64,000 nucleotides of DNA, from the NCBI RefSeq assembly GCF_009914755.1, contig NC_060925.1, one strand, 5' to 3'. The translations under genes and the position numbers were made by a program. The DNA is from the human T2T-CHM13v2.0 reference genome, Homo sapiens. Below the pieces are notes generated by a model that was given only the letters and a program-made list of their open reading frames with translations, did not search any database and was not told the DNA's origin. Positions 63,852-64,000 of this stretch are shown in pieces; within the stretch, counting starts at the first letter, position 1, and each line of letters starts with the position of its first letter.

Positions 63852-64000
63852 ACAATGCTTCTGAGGACCAACTTTCTTTTTTATAAAATTTGACTTAATA
63901 CATACTTTTTTTCTTGTAAGATTTTAAAATCAAGTAAAATGATGAATGTAATAAAACCTTATAAATGCTAGTCATTATTTCAGCTATTCTTTGAAAAGAT

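Overview
Primate, most likely human, genomic DNA: AT-rich and repeat-dense, from the chr1q44 olfactory receptor (OR) cluster. Three single-coding-exon OR loci lie on the + strand. OR14C36 (23304-24242) and OR2T6 (60628-61554) are intact. An OR2T4 allele (36117-37081) is broken by a 2-bp insertion. The rest is mostly interspersed repeats: an env-deleted HERV-H provirus with both LTR7-type LTRs (10291-15632, minus strand) nested in stacked L1s, plus L1, Alu, MaLR/ERV solo LTRs, Tigger/hAT fossils, MIR/L2 and simple repeats. I found no new multi-gene biological system. The best candidates for a second look are: (i) a heavily decayed minus-strand OR relic at about 62297-63851, split by a solo LTR; (ii) the frameshifted, possibly gene-converted OR2T4 allele; (iii) a 68-bp minisatellite abutting a homeodomain/O-E motif cluster and splice donor that looks like the OR2T6 promoter; (iv) a ~164-bp-arm inverted duplication around a TA-rich spacer; (v) structural discordance between the two HERV-H LTRs. 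Gene names, repeat subfamilies and all comparisons to the reference genome are from memory and were not checked by any search. Boundaries of old repeats are approximate.
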